Assembly: GCA_013115125.1 (NCBI GenBank)
Contig: JABANN010000094.1
Span: 1-64,000, forward strand
Direction: 5' to 3'
From: Perkinsus olseni
Taxonomy: Eukaryota
Length of the DNA stretch: 64,000 nucleotides
The translations under genes were made by a program, and so were the position numbers. The notes beneath the pieces were generated by a model, which saw only the letters and a program-made list of their open reading frames with translations, was not told where the DNA came from and searched no databases. This document shows positions 49,287 to 61,657 of the stretch, piece by piece (the stretch's first letter is position 1; each line of letters starts with the position of its first letter).

Positions 49287-51482
49287 CTAATCAACCTTCT
49301 CGTGGACCTGTCCCGTCCTACTCCGAGACTTCCGCCAGAGACGGAATTCTTGCAAAAGATTAACGAGTATTGGAATCAACAGTGGCGCCGCGACCGGCAA
49401 GTAGACAGCCAGAGTGAACTCCTCGCTGAAGTAGCTCCTTGCGGATATGCTGTCGTCCAACAGAAGGTCAACACTTTCCTCGTAGCTCTCCCTAGCCATC
49501 TCCAATGCTCGACGAGTATCATTCAGCATAACCTGACAACCGCCAGTATGGCCCAGAATTTTCATCAGAACCAGTGAGGGATGTTTCTGACGAGAGACAC
49601 TGGAAGCTCTCGGAGAGGCGCAAATCGAAACCAATGGTTTGGTCTCGGGAATGATAAACTAAATTCCTCCCAAGCGTGGCGTTACTAAGTCCGTGTCGAT
49701 GTTCTTCGCAGCCGCTGTGGCTCGACTTGCGATATCCTCGGACACCGCCACTTGAGGGAGGCTCTCCACCAGATCATTAAGCTGTTTCAACGTGCCACGG
49801 GCCGCAGAGCGGTAGTAGATGATAGCTTCTCGCACCAGCTCGAAGAACTCGGGCACGGTCAAGCCGAGAATCGGGTCAGAGCACAACCAACCAACTGCTT
49901 CGTTGCAAGAGGGCACGGGTTCGAATCCCAGGTACGCCCTCAAGTGGGCATGCCACATCCCCGCAGCATAGCCGTATTCGGTCATGGAGGGCACGAAGGC
50001 TACGACACCCCAGCCGGGGACGCCCACACTCGACTTGTCCTCTGCCCCCGCTGTTACCGACATGTTATCGGGCGCTACATAAGCAGCCAGACTGAATGGA
50101 AGAACAAAACCGAGGGCATGCTTCCGAGCAAGTGCCGCAGCTGAGCATAGCGAACATCACGAGCGCAAACTCCCCCGCTCACTGTATCGTATGCGGCAGC
50201 TTCCTATAGCCACGTCTGAGAGTTTCAGGCCTGCCCCAGTGGCTCGCCTCAGCGAGTAGCTGTCGGAGCTGCTTGGTAGTCCTCATTCTATAGCCGCCAT
50301 CTTGCCTGCTTCGAGAATCCCTGGGCAAGACCGCTCCGTGGGCCACCTGTGAGTCCATCTCGATATCGAATACCTGCGAAGGAAGGAACCTTATTTCACT
50401 ACTCAAAACGCCTGGTTGTACTTGTTGTAGGAAACCGCGAACAAACGGCCGCATAAAGGCGTCGAATACGTCATTTCCGAAGTCCCAATGGGCTCTCGCA
50501 GAACTCGCTGCATCGCTCACCAGCAAGAACGTGAGTTGTTGCCTGACACAACCAATACGAGCCAAGGCTGGCCAGTCGGGCGTGACCACCTGGGGTTAGA
50601 CAAAGCAGAGGCCAACGACTCTCGGGAGCTGGCCGCCCGCTCCGGAAACCATACAGTCCTGTAAAGCCACTCAACGCCGAACTGATGGTCACGTGCGTCA
50701 ACAATCCTGACATAGGAACAGAATGCGTACAGACGTAGAGGAACACGCATGCTGAACCAAAATGTGGACTATATTTTTAGAGCCTCTAACCGAGGAATAC
50801 AGTCCAGACCTCGCTTCAACACGCATCCCCGAAAGCGGATGAGACAATAGCCGACCTACGCAAGATTGTCCAGGACAACCGGTCTCCTCGGGGAGGTCAC
50901 TCCGCTAGAGGAATAAGTGAAGATGTGGTAGCGAAGGCCGTCAGCTAGCTTGGCCGATCGTCCCGAAACCACCGTGGTTACGTCGCGCAGAGCAGCAGTG
51001 CAGTTCGAAGAAAGACTGTTGACGGCACAATCTGGCAGAGGAGGGTCAACGCCCAGCTATTGGCGCCCGGGCAAAAACAGGCACGGAAGCTTCATGGTCG
51101 CACCGGCCGCCTTGAGAGCCACTTGATGTCCTCTATCGTAACAGCTATCCACGACTGAGACTTCGAAGGGGCCTCCGAGGGCCGGCACTGGAAGGCTCAC
51201 TACGCTCTGGTCTAGGGAACACGAATGTATCTACAACAACAGTACGGCAACGACATGAAAAAAAAACAGAGGACAACGGTCACCGGTCGAACAGGGGAAG
51301 AGGCCGAGTAGCGCTGAGAGACTTACCAAAACCACAGGCCAGTGTACATCATCATCTCTCCCCAGGTCAACATCGGGCAGAGGGTGCCTCTCCACTGCTT
51401 GCAGCCACGCCCACACCAAGGCGCTGATCGTTATGATGACGCCGTACGCTATTTGCGCCTTATGACGACCCTTCAACCTCAT
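49287..51482 (-). CDS. PIGS: GPI transamidase component PIG-S-like
   Basis: N-terminal TM followed by VERHPLP; VPGWGVV; ARGTLKQLNDLVESLPQVAV; C-terminal YFSEEFTLAVYLPVAAPLLIPIL. Confidence 0.8.
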
Positions 51483-52460
51483 AGGGCACATCGGCCTGGT
51501 CCCTAAACAACAACAACTGCACGACTTCATCACTAGGGCGACAACATCTTTGATTTTCCCGAGCAACAACAACACCGCCTCTCATGCGGCATCGATGCTT
51601 TTGAATACGAAGCGGCAGCGGCGAAGAAGCTGCACGAGCTGCGGCTACGCCGTTCTCAGAGGGGTCACGACAGAATCAAATTGAAGCAATGACCTAGGCG
51701 CTGTAGAGTCACCAGGCGTCCTCTATAGTATAGATATAGTACAGAGTCTTTACACAGACACCACTGGAAGGCGTAGGTATCATCTGAAAACCTGCTGGGC
51801 CTCGCGAGTCAGGAAATATAACGTCATTGGACTTCCACCACTCAGAAGTAGCGGAAACCCTTCGACACGATAGGTCCCTCATTGACTCCACTGACGCAAG
51901 ACGCTTGAAGCGAAGAGGCTGAACAACAGAGGCTGGGGTGGCCTGTACGCACATCGCGTACAGATCACCGCGTCCTCATACGAGTTCGATGTTCTCACTC
52001 CTGCTGGTTCATGCGGGACGGGCTTGGGTTGCCAAGGAAACTCTCAGAGGTCCACCCTAACGTGCCGTCCGCTTTTCGTACCTGAGAGAAAACTGTCATG
52101 GCAAATCAACACGGGAGGGAAGAGTAAGATTCCAAGGACTCGGGCCCTCAACAAACTGGATGAACTCACTTTGATCCAGCCCGACGGGTCGACTTCTTCC
52201 ACACGAACGAGCTCACCCGCCTTGAGCTCAGCCTGCACACCGTAGCGAGCCAGCAACATGACCTCAATATCCTCCTCACCGACCTCATCGCCCGAAGTTT
52301 TGTCGCAGTCTTCCAGCACTCCTTGATTTCAAACAAACCTTCATCCTGTGAGAGGCCAGGTTGCTCACTCTCGCTCAATTCGGCTCCTTTAGAACTCCCT
52401 GAAATCCATCATCCATGGCTTCGGAGGCTTGCCGGTCTTCTAAAGCCTCCCTACTCACCC

Positions 52461-52532
52461 GCTTCAGACGCTTCAGACGCTTCAGACGCTTCAGACGCTT
52501 CAGACGCTTCAGACGCTTCAGACGCTTCAGAC
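52461..52532. repeat. Perfect 9-bp tandem repeat (GCTTCAGAC)x8 encoding (SEA)8
   Basis: Read directly from the sequence; a single unit in the paralog near 56638. Confidence 0.95.
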
Positions 52533-53924
52533 GGTTCGATACGGCGGGTCTTCAGCTTACTCGAGGGACCCGTGACGAGGTCAATGAGAATATCCATCCA
52601 CGTCTCGTCGACCGCCATAACGTCAATTTTCCCTGAGCATTCCCAAACCCCATCCACAGTGACTGAGGTAGCTACCGCCTACTGGTCTCGGGAAAATATT
52701 GAATAACGCCCTGATTCCCGCTCGGCCTCCAGGATATCGAACGGGTCTCGATGTGATCTTCCCACTTGCCCGTATCAAATACCGTCAACCACGTCTTAAA
52801 CTGCTCAGCAGTGACAGGTTCCGTGCATTCGAAGTACCTGTTCACGGATACCCCCATCCGCCTCTCACCGCCATACGGACAATATCACTTACGCACACTC
52901 CCTCATCTTCCCATCACCTCCGGCAACGGTCGTGTCTCCCCTCAGATGAGATCTTCTGCTTTTGAAAGCGTCCTGATTCTGTGGGTTCACGTCCACACAG
53001 CTCCCGCCGGGTCCCGTTCGGGTAACCCGCGAGGCCATAGTGTTCGGAGGGTCCCAGCGAGTAAGGCTGCGCAAAGTACCGTTCATTGAGCAGCACGACG
53101 AAAGCCTCACCCACTGCGACCCCGAGAAAATGCGCTGAAGAAAAAACCCAAATCAATGGTCCTCGACTACCCAGGCGTATCTATGACACATATTCTGGCA
53201 AGAAGCCATTAGTAGCACAGAATGCTGCGTCAAGAGTCAGAAAATCCGCACCCGTTGCGATGAATGATCTCACAAGACTACTCGGAGTAATGAGAAGGCG
53301 CCCAATGCGATGAGACGACCATTGGCGTTGCGAAATTCCACAGCTAAGCCAAGATTCATGGGGTATTTTCAAACTAACCACGTGCCTTCTACGGTACTCA
53401 GGCAAGCCACCTCCCTTAGCGAGGTTCCCCCGGATAACCAGTACTACTTTGGACCAACTGAGCTCTAACTTATCTCTTCTGTACACCAGCATGCCCTCTG
53501 GCTTCAGTGGACGTCCTTCAGGCTTAACCAGCGGCGGCCTGGACTGCTTATCGCAGTAGCACAGACGGTTGCCGAACCTGACCGCCCGACGTGGATAAAT
53601 CTTTTGAGGCTACGACAATACGACTAATTAGCCATCAGCCCCCCTTCATGTGGAGGACACCAGCTCAAGCACCTACCTGTTATTGATACTCGTATCGTCG
53701 ATAACATTACGGAATCTATTCTCCGGAGAGAGGCTTAAGAGGTTATCAGCCAATTGAGCAATGAAGGGATCGTACGATGAGCTGTCTCTGACAGTTGCAA
53801 CCCGCAGCTTTTGCACAACATGAGTACCTGTGAAGCACTTGATTCGAGGACGCATCCGCTCGAGATTCCGTCGTTTGATAGAGCTAAAGGTGAAGTTGTA
53901 CGCGGTGAGGATTGTTCGGGACAA

Positions 53925-54080
53925 TGACATCTCGTAGAAGTCACATCCGTCCAGGCTTGATCCGTACAGTTTCCAGACATACAGTTTTGAGCCATACAGT
54001 GACAACTCGTACAGTATCCAGTGGTACACTTTCAACCCATACGGCGATAACTCGTACACTGTACGAGAGGTCGTACGATG
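53925..54080. repeat. Degenerate 15-bp minisatellite in an intron
   Basis: About 9 units resembling CTGTACGAGTTGTCA on the minus strand. Confidence 0.7.
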
Positions 54081-56013
54081 TAGGGCCTCTTGCGCCGCGG
54101 ACTGTAGGATTACGTATTCTTGCCGCTCGCTCCTTGTTGACGATTATAGAGCGGAACACGAGGTGGAAGGAGACCTTGAAAGACCCCGAGTCCCGGCTGT
54201 ACCCACTAGCCGAGAAGAGAGACGCGCGGATTTTCGCCTTCCGGGGGAATACCTGAAATATCGGTACTCATTCGATATGAACGGACTGGACCTATGGGAA
54301 AACTCTAAGACACGCCACCACCGTATCCAGTTCGAAGCTACCCCATTGGGGTAACCCCAACCACAACCTATCTAAACCTGAGTCTCGAAATTCCGCGCAG
54401 TGGCTCAGCAGACTTACCGGAGATAGATTCCTGAGTATGAACTAGTAAGCATGATACGGTCTCCACCCTTGACTCAAGGGACCTACTTGTCTTCCGCGAT
54501 CTCAGCTTCTCTGAGGAAGGAGGATATCTGCTCCAGCACGCCCTCGTCCACATTAGCAAGGATCTGACATCATCAGGATTCACAGGTAGTGCAACCTCCT
54601 CGGGAGTGAAAACAAGACGCGACTATGGTGAGTGTTCCCCACAACCGTCTACACCATTATAAGTAGCATGGACACGACTATCGAAACGACATCGAGCTTA
54701 AAGGCGGCCCCGCTGATGCAGCTCAAACCTTCACAGAAGAAAGACTTTACAGATTGTCGAAGCCACGAGAGCGATCAGTCGACGAAGCAGGAGCGACTGA
54801 CGATGAGATTGAGGCCCACTTGATCAGCTCTGTCGTCCTTCAAGCTGTTTCTGAGCTCGACCTTGACGTAGTCGAAGGGTGTGATAGGGCCGTTCATTGT
54901 GGAGTTGGCACGGGAAGGAAGAGAAGAGGCCAGTGGAAAAGGTAAAAACGGCGTAGGTATCCAGCCCTGGCATGATAGAGTGCTAGGAGCTCGATGACAC
55001 CGATGCCATTCAGAGCCATGAGCACCCACTCGAGAGACAGGGTGATAAGTGGAGAGGAGAACAGAGTCGGAAGCCAGCAGCTCATTCATTGGAGGATCCG
55101 GAGACAGGTGCACCAGAGGCACCGGCACTGGTTCCGAGTAAACGGAGATGGCCATTCCCTAGCTGGGAGTCGCACCAAGGGTGAGCCGACTTGGCGTGTT
55201 GATCAACAACACTTGCCTGGCAAGTCTTGCCATTAAGGCCAGTGCCATCGAGTCGATTCTAGTGACTCCACGCAGATCTCACCCCATCAAACTCCGGCAG
55301 TCTGTCGGCGGCAACTCCCCTAACCCACGCCGATACTAGATTCTCTCATGGACAGCAAGAGCGAGAAGATGCGAAAAGATGCTTCTCTCCGTCATTCCCT
55401 CATTCATCACCCGAATATGAGCCGAGGCAACTTGCGGAGAAGCCGACCGCTATCAAGAGCAGTCCCACTGAGATCGGGACTGCAAAGGCTGTGATCTAGC
55501 TATGTCACTAATCCTAGTCAACGAGAGTTGAAAAGCGATGTACATGTTGGTCGCGCAGGAGTGTCGTTTCTTCCTCTCTACTTCGTTCGCAGGATTCAAC
55601 TTTCGGCTGAACGGTCAGGTTGGCTGTAATGCGTAGATGGCCGGAGAATTTCAGAGAATACCAGCGGTAACGGCCGGACCCAGCTCCGAGCAGTCGCCAC
55701 AGCAGACGGGGCCAGCCCTCGAGGAGTCGAGTGGTGGCTCTTTACAGAAAGGGAGAGTCACTCCTATCGTGCACTCAACGAACGACGTATCTTCGCCGTA
55801 GCACCGCGCACATACAATCTAGATGGTCGGAAGTTTTCCCACTCCTACTGGCAACCCAAGTCGAATCCAAAGGTTTCAATCGACCAGATTAGATTCAAGG
55901 ACAGGAACCGCATATTGACTCAATTGACAAAAGACTGGCTCTACCAACGAGGACGCGATGGTCTGTGCGCACGCGTGCACAGGCCATCGCTACCCTATAC
56001 AACTGATATCCAC

Positions 56014-59000
56014 TCACTCCTCCATGCGATTAGGGTCGGGATTACCGAGGAACTCGGCCGACACCCAACCCGTACTGCCATCCTCTTTGCGGACCTGAAG
56101 GGACAAGTTCTGAAGCTCGAAACGGGCGAAGCGGTATGATACTGAGAATCAGAGTAACTGCTAGTAGCTTAATACTGAGAATCAGAGCGAGAAGTGCCAA
56201 GTTGAAGCTGTAAGCACGAACAATGATTAAACTCATGATGGGTAGAACTACATAATGTAGCCTACATTCACTACTAGCGGTGAAAATGATAGCCGAGTGA
56301 TAAACCCGAGGTATCGCATTACCCTAGTCCAGCCAGACTGATCAACTTCAATTACTCGAACAAGCTCGCCCGCTTTCAGTTCCACCTGCAGGTAGTGGTG
56401 TGCCGGCGACAAGTCGCAAGACTGTTAGGAGGCCTTCTAACCGACCTCATCGTCCGAAGCCTTAGTATAGTCTTCCAACACTTCTTTAATTTCAAGCATC
56501 TCCTCGTCTTGCGGCGATTCGGGGCCATCCCGACTCGACGTCGCAGCACCGGAAACGCCAGCGGTTTGAAGCATGTCTAAGATCACCAACACGAGTCCCG
56601 GAGGCCTGCCGAGCCCCACTTGCGTCTCTACTTACCCGCTTCAGATGGCTCTATGTGGCGGGTCTTCAGCTTACTCGAGGGACCCGTGACGAGGTCGACG
56701 AGAATATCCATCCACGTCTCGTCAATTGCCATCACGTCAATTTTCCCTGGAAAAATGGTCAAACTCTATTCACACTGACTGAGGCAGGCACGGCCTACTG
56801 GTCTCGGGGAAGTATTGGATAACGCCCTGATTCCCGCTCGGCCTCCAGGATATCGAACGGGTCTCGATGTGATCTTCCCACTTGCCCGTATCAAATACCG
56901 TCAACCATGTCTTAAACTGCTCAGCAGTGACAGGTTCCGTGCATTCGAAGTACCTGTTCACGGATACCCCCATCCGCCTCTCACCGCCAAACCGCCGATG
57001 TCACTTACGCACACTCCCTCATCTTCCCATCACCTCCGGCAACGGTCGTGTCTCCCCTCAGCTGAGATCTTCTGCTTTTGAAAGCGTCCTGGTTCTGTGG
57101 GTTCACGTCCACACAGCTCCCGCCGGGTCCCGTTCGGGTAACCCGCGAGGCCATAGTGTTCGGAGGGTCCCAGCGAGTGAGTTTACGCAAGGTACCATCC
57201 ATTGAACGGCACGACGAAAGCCTCACCCACTTAGAGTCCGACAATTTGTCCTGAGCGGAAAGCCTCACTGAAAACGCCAGGAGAAGTGATTGCGCCAAAG
57301 GACTTCCACTTGCGAGCCGACATCACAACCTAGAGTCGCGTGAGCTACACAGAGACGAGTCTATTCATTCTAATATGAAATGCTCTACCCCATATGGTTG
57401 GGTCCTTGAAGTTGAATCCCGTAGGGAGCACAACATCGGTCAAGCGGCAAGCACCCTTCCGCAGTACTGTGTCAAGCCAAACAAATTTTTGACCATCTCT
57501 GTTGTATCGCAGGATGCCCTCTGGCTTCAGTGGACGTCCCTCAGGCTTAACCAGTGGCGGCCTGGATTGCTTGTCGCAGTAGCACAGACGATTACCGAAC
57601 CTGAGCACCATCAGACCGATATTTCTTTCGAGGCTACGACGATACGACAAGTTAGCCATCATCCCCCCCTTGACGTGAAGGACACTTACCTGTTATTGAT
57701 ACTCGTCTCATCGATAACATTGCGAAACCTGTTCTCCGGAGAGAGCTTGAGGAGATCTCGGGACAACGTGGCAATGAAGGGATCGTACGACGAGTTGTCT
57801 TCCAAGGATGCCGACCACAACATTTGAACCACGTGTGTACCTAACGCGAGCTGTTCCCAACCGAGACGTGCTGGTCTCTCGGTTTACAACAACCCTCACT
57901 TACGTATTTTCGGTGCTCGCCTCCTATCAACAATGATGTTGGGGAATACCAGATGGAGCGAGACCTTGAAGGAGCCCGAATCGCGACTATATCCGCTCGC
58001 CGAGAACAGTGCCGCGTCCACATGCTTTTTCTCGGGGAAAACCTGACACGTGCCACTCGATCCAGCGGATAGAGAATTCATCAAAGAAATTTCGATTTTC
58101 CACCACCGCTCTACATTGAACACGCAGGAACCTCAGCAGCTTTGTGCTTCGCACATTAACACGCCCAGATGTGTTTCGGCGGTCTCGGAAATTTTCTGCG
58201 GAATACACTTGACCTCCAGCCGGTCCCAAATAATCCATCTCAGCAAAGCACCTTCTACCGCTGGAACAGTTACACGAGCCTCGCGGTGAACACTTACCGG
58301 AGACAGGTTCCTGAGTATGAACTCGAAGAAGCGGGTGCCACCGTCCCTATCGATGATGGCCTTCTCAGCAGTGGCGCAATGCTCCCATTTCATATCGGCT
58401 CCCAGCTTAACATCGATATCCAAGACCAGATTGAAATTCTCATCTTGGCGTTCGGTGAGGAACATCGGAATGCCCCAGTCGTAGAGTACAGCGATGTACC
58501 TGTCAAGTCCACCATGGCACGGAAGGCCCCATCAGCCAACCTCTCACTTGTACAGCTGCTCCAGTTGGGTGTGTTGGAATCTGAACCTGTTCGTCGAGCT
58601 GTACCAGGTAACGGCATTACCGTAATTGCAGTGGGTGGCGTGCCTAGTAAGCATGATACGGTCTCCACCCTTGACTCAAGGGACCTACTTGTCTTCCGCG
58701 ATCTCAGCTTCTCTGAGGAAAGAGGATATCTGCTCCAGCACGCCCTCGTCCACATTAGCAAGGATCTGACATCACCACTGTCGATGTTGCGTATCTCACT
58801 AGCTCACGAGTCCACGGACAGGCGATCTACCACGCGCATGCGCTGATGTCCACAGCCTTAGAGATGATTTGACTAGAAGCAGCAGCCTCGAGACCATCAT
58901 ACTGCAACCACAGGTCTAGACTCGTGAGTAGAATCACTATCACGAAGCTACGGAATGTGGATAGGAGTGGCTGGCGAGGACCCTGTCTGGGCGTGACTGC

Positions 59001-59096
59001 AGAGCGATACCCGCTCACCCCCTCAGCTCTATCCTCCTTCAGACAGCTTCTAAGCTCAATCTTAACATAGTCCAACGCCGTGATAGGGGAGCTCAT
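56014..59096 (-). CDS. AEP (PrimPol / NCLDV C962R-like primase-polymerase) domain fused to a C-terminal SH3 domain
   Basis: HATH..FLTERQDENFNLVLDIDVK (motif I), FKVSLHLVFP (II), NVIDETS..RLCYCDK..EGRPL (III); SH3 KEVLEDYTKASDDEVELKAGELVRVIEVDQSGWTRVRKEDGSTGWVSAEFL. Confidence 0.8.
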
Positions 59097-59665
59097 TGGT
59101 GGGGAAGGGCCGATGGGAGGCAGGGGGGACGGGGAGTTCTCGAGGCAATGCCAAGAAAGCTAACACTCCAAGATCTACCGCAGCCGCTATGACGCACAAG
59201 AGGGACCGGGTCACGCTCGTCGAACGCAGCAGAGACGCAGTCAACCTCGCTGAACAAAGGCGTAGGAATCCATCGCAAGATGGTCCCGCTCCGATGCTCA
59301 CGGAGGGAACCATGTCTTGACAGAAAGTTGTCCATGCACTCACAATGTCACAGAAAACCAATGCGGTCAAAAATCCTACTCGCACGCGTGCGCAAGCGCG
59401 CCTACCTGCTATTCCAGGGGCATATCTATAGAACGAGTCCCCGTTGCTACTAGGAGTCAAACCCTCCACCACACTCGTTGCCCGACCGCTGCGCCACGAA
59501 ATTCCCAGGCCGACTAGCCTCATCACACAACCAAACATTGACACTTCCGCCTTGAAGATAATGATTTTGTCGTTATTGGTGGCACTTGCTCGGCGACGCA
59601 AACTCCTTCTAAACGTTGGTGCACCGCCGTCGCCCTTAGAGCCGAGCTCACCATCACCACCTTCT

Positions 59666-61535
59666 TCACTGGCTTCCGCCACCCAGCAACGCCTGGGCCG
59701 CCTCAGCCCCCGCCCGCGCGGCCGCGTCCTGACCCTCACCCTGACCTCCGAAGCTCCGAGGGTTCTGCACCGGCATCGCATTTGCGTTGTCCGAGAAGCC
59801 CCCGGCGCCCCAGGCCTGCTGCTGCAACATCGGGGGGCCTCCACTCCAGCCTTGGCCACCGCTTGTAGAAGTCATTCCCCAACCACAAATACTCGCTTGC
59901 TGCGGCATGGCATTCCATTGCTGCTGGCTGGCCGGTGCTGGCAGGCCTCCAGCAGAGGGCGACTCTACGAAGCCTTGAGGTCGGCTCACAATCAAACGTC
60001 GACCGAGCACTTCCATCTGAGCACAAGTGACGTGAGTGACACTTCAGTTCGACGCTCCTCACCCCATTGAAGATGCTCAGCGCAGCCGTTGCTAATCGGT
60101 CGTTCTGGAACTCGACGAAGGCAAACCTGACCAAACAGCTTCCGCTACCCCCATGTCACCCTCAAACTACCTTCCATCCCCCCTGATGTCCGCCTGGAGC
60201 ACCGGAGGCCCCAGGGCCGGGTCATAGTCCGGTAGCACTTTGCAGGCGGGCTCAAACAACTCGTGAAGGACTTGAGGCGTGACCACCCCAATCTGCCATC
60301 ACATCATTGCACTCAGCACGAGCCCAGCCGCGGCCTACCGCGAGATTTCCGACGTAGAGCTCACGCTGCTTCCGATTCTGCGAGGGGTTGGAAGGCATCG
60401 CCTTGGCTGACAAGGAGGGGATTCACTGAGGCCCCAACGACCAACAGTCTTACTTGGAAGGAAGCCTTGGTTACGCAGGACACTGACGTCCATCGGTGGA
60501 GGGGGAGGGCCCGGTAAGACAAGCCCCGTCGGTCGACCAATCTTCACGGGCCGTCCTGATCGCAATGCAATGACCATTATCATCATCAAAGCCCTCCCGA
60601 CTAGTACCAAGAAACTCAGCCTTGTCCAGCTCAAGGCAGGTGACAGCGATCTCCTCCGATGCGAACTCGACGAAGGCGTACATGCCCTCAGCCGACATCC
60701 TCACTTCCCTCACCGCACCGGTCGGTAGGAGAGCAGCGTACCTGGTCCAAAGGAGTACTAAGAGGAGCTGCCTGGCGGGCTTGGACTCACTTCTGCTGGT
60801 ACTCCGGGAGAGCCGACAAAGCGTTGTTGAAGAAGGCCCGTATGTTGGCCTGCGTTGCCTGGCCTTGGGCTAGGTTTCCCACGTACAGCTGAGGACAAAC
60901 GGTGATGTTCCCTCCCTCTCAACCCGACACCCACCTCCTTAGCCTTCTTATTAGCACCTGCACCACCAGGGAGCATTGCCTGCTGTAAGAGAAGCTGCTG
61001 GGGGTCGATGGAGCCATCCGGCGGCGCCGAACCTGCACGTAACAACACTATCGACCACCCAAGCACGCGCAAAGCCCTGAAGCCCAATGCTACTGAAATT
61101 GCTGTGCTTGGCTCCGGGCTGCTCAGTCTCGTCATCCCAGCCACTCTTCCTAGCGTGCCTCCGTCTCGATCTAGACCGAGATCTTGAACTCCGAGAGCTT
61201 TCGGAGCCCGAGGACGATCCCGATCTGGATCTTCCGCGGTGACGACGGCTGCCGCGATCCCTGGACCTGACCAAGGCCAATCATGTATGGCGATTCGAAG
61301 GGGTTGTTCCAGCATGACCGGCCAGGTCCCACCTCGAGCGCCTCCGACTTCGACTTTCCCGACCGGACCCTCGGCTCCTCCCACGGGATTCGCTTCTGCT
61401 ACTTCGCCTCCCACGGTCTCTACCGCGAGAGCTTTCCTGGCGTTCCCCATTGTACTCTGCCGGAGGGGCGCCGGTCGGCTGAGGCTCAGCACTGGGCGCG
61501 GGGTCGTCCCAACCAGGAGGTGGTGGTGGTGCCAT
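59666..61535 (-). CDS. U2AF65-like splicing factor (RS region, KSGWD motif, two RRMs)
   Basis: RSRSR repeats, RKSGWDD, LYVGNL..YAFVEF, KIGRP, second RELYVGNL..FAFVEF. Confidence 0.8.
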
Positions 61536-61657
61536 TCTATGGGACAATCGCAGTCAATGGAAGATCTGTCATCGCACCCAATGACCCTGCCTCCCACCCG
61601 AGAACACAAACGCCGCGATCACCGAGTACCAGCCGCCAGAGGCAAGCTGAGAAAACA

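Larger units (their letters stand above)
51995..54897 (-). pseudogene. Disrupted paralog of the AEP-SH3 gene
   Basis: Collinear with 56014-59096 but lacks the 322 bp holding the TH and LDID motifs (junction near 54443) and has a 1-bp deletion at the start of the SH3 (near 52320). Confidence 0.75.

Noticed and set aside
49917-49930. GGGTTCGAATCCC tRNA T-arm-like motif
   Set aside because: No D-arm or acceptor stem; it lies antisense within a PIG-S coding exon (YLGFEPVP).
52461-52532. Possible CRISPR-like array
   Set aside because: Spacerless 9-bp tandem repeat in a eukaryotic exon; no cas genes.
58169-58846. 225-aa plus-strand ORF and similar long antisense ORFs elsewhere
   Set aside because: Shadow frames opposite well-supported genes in GC-rich coding DNA.
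51995-59096. Endogenous virus or Polinton interpretation of the AEP genes
   Set aside because: No capsid, packaging ATPase, integrase, helicase or terminal repeats; the genes are intron-rich and sit among housekeeping genes.
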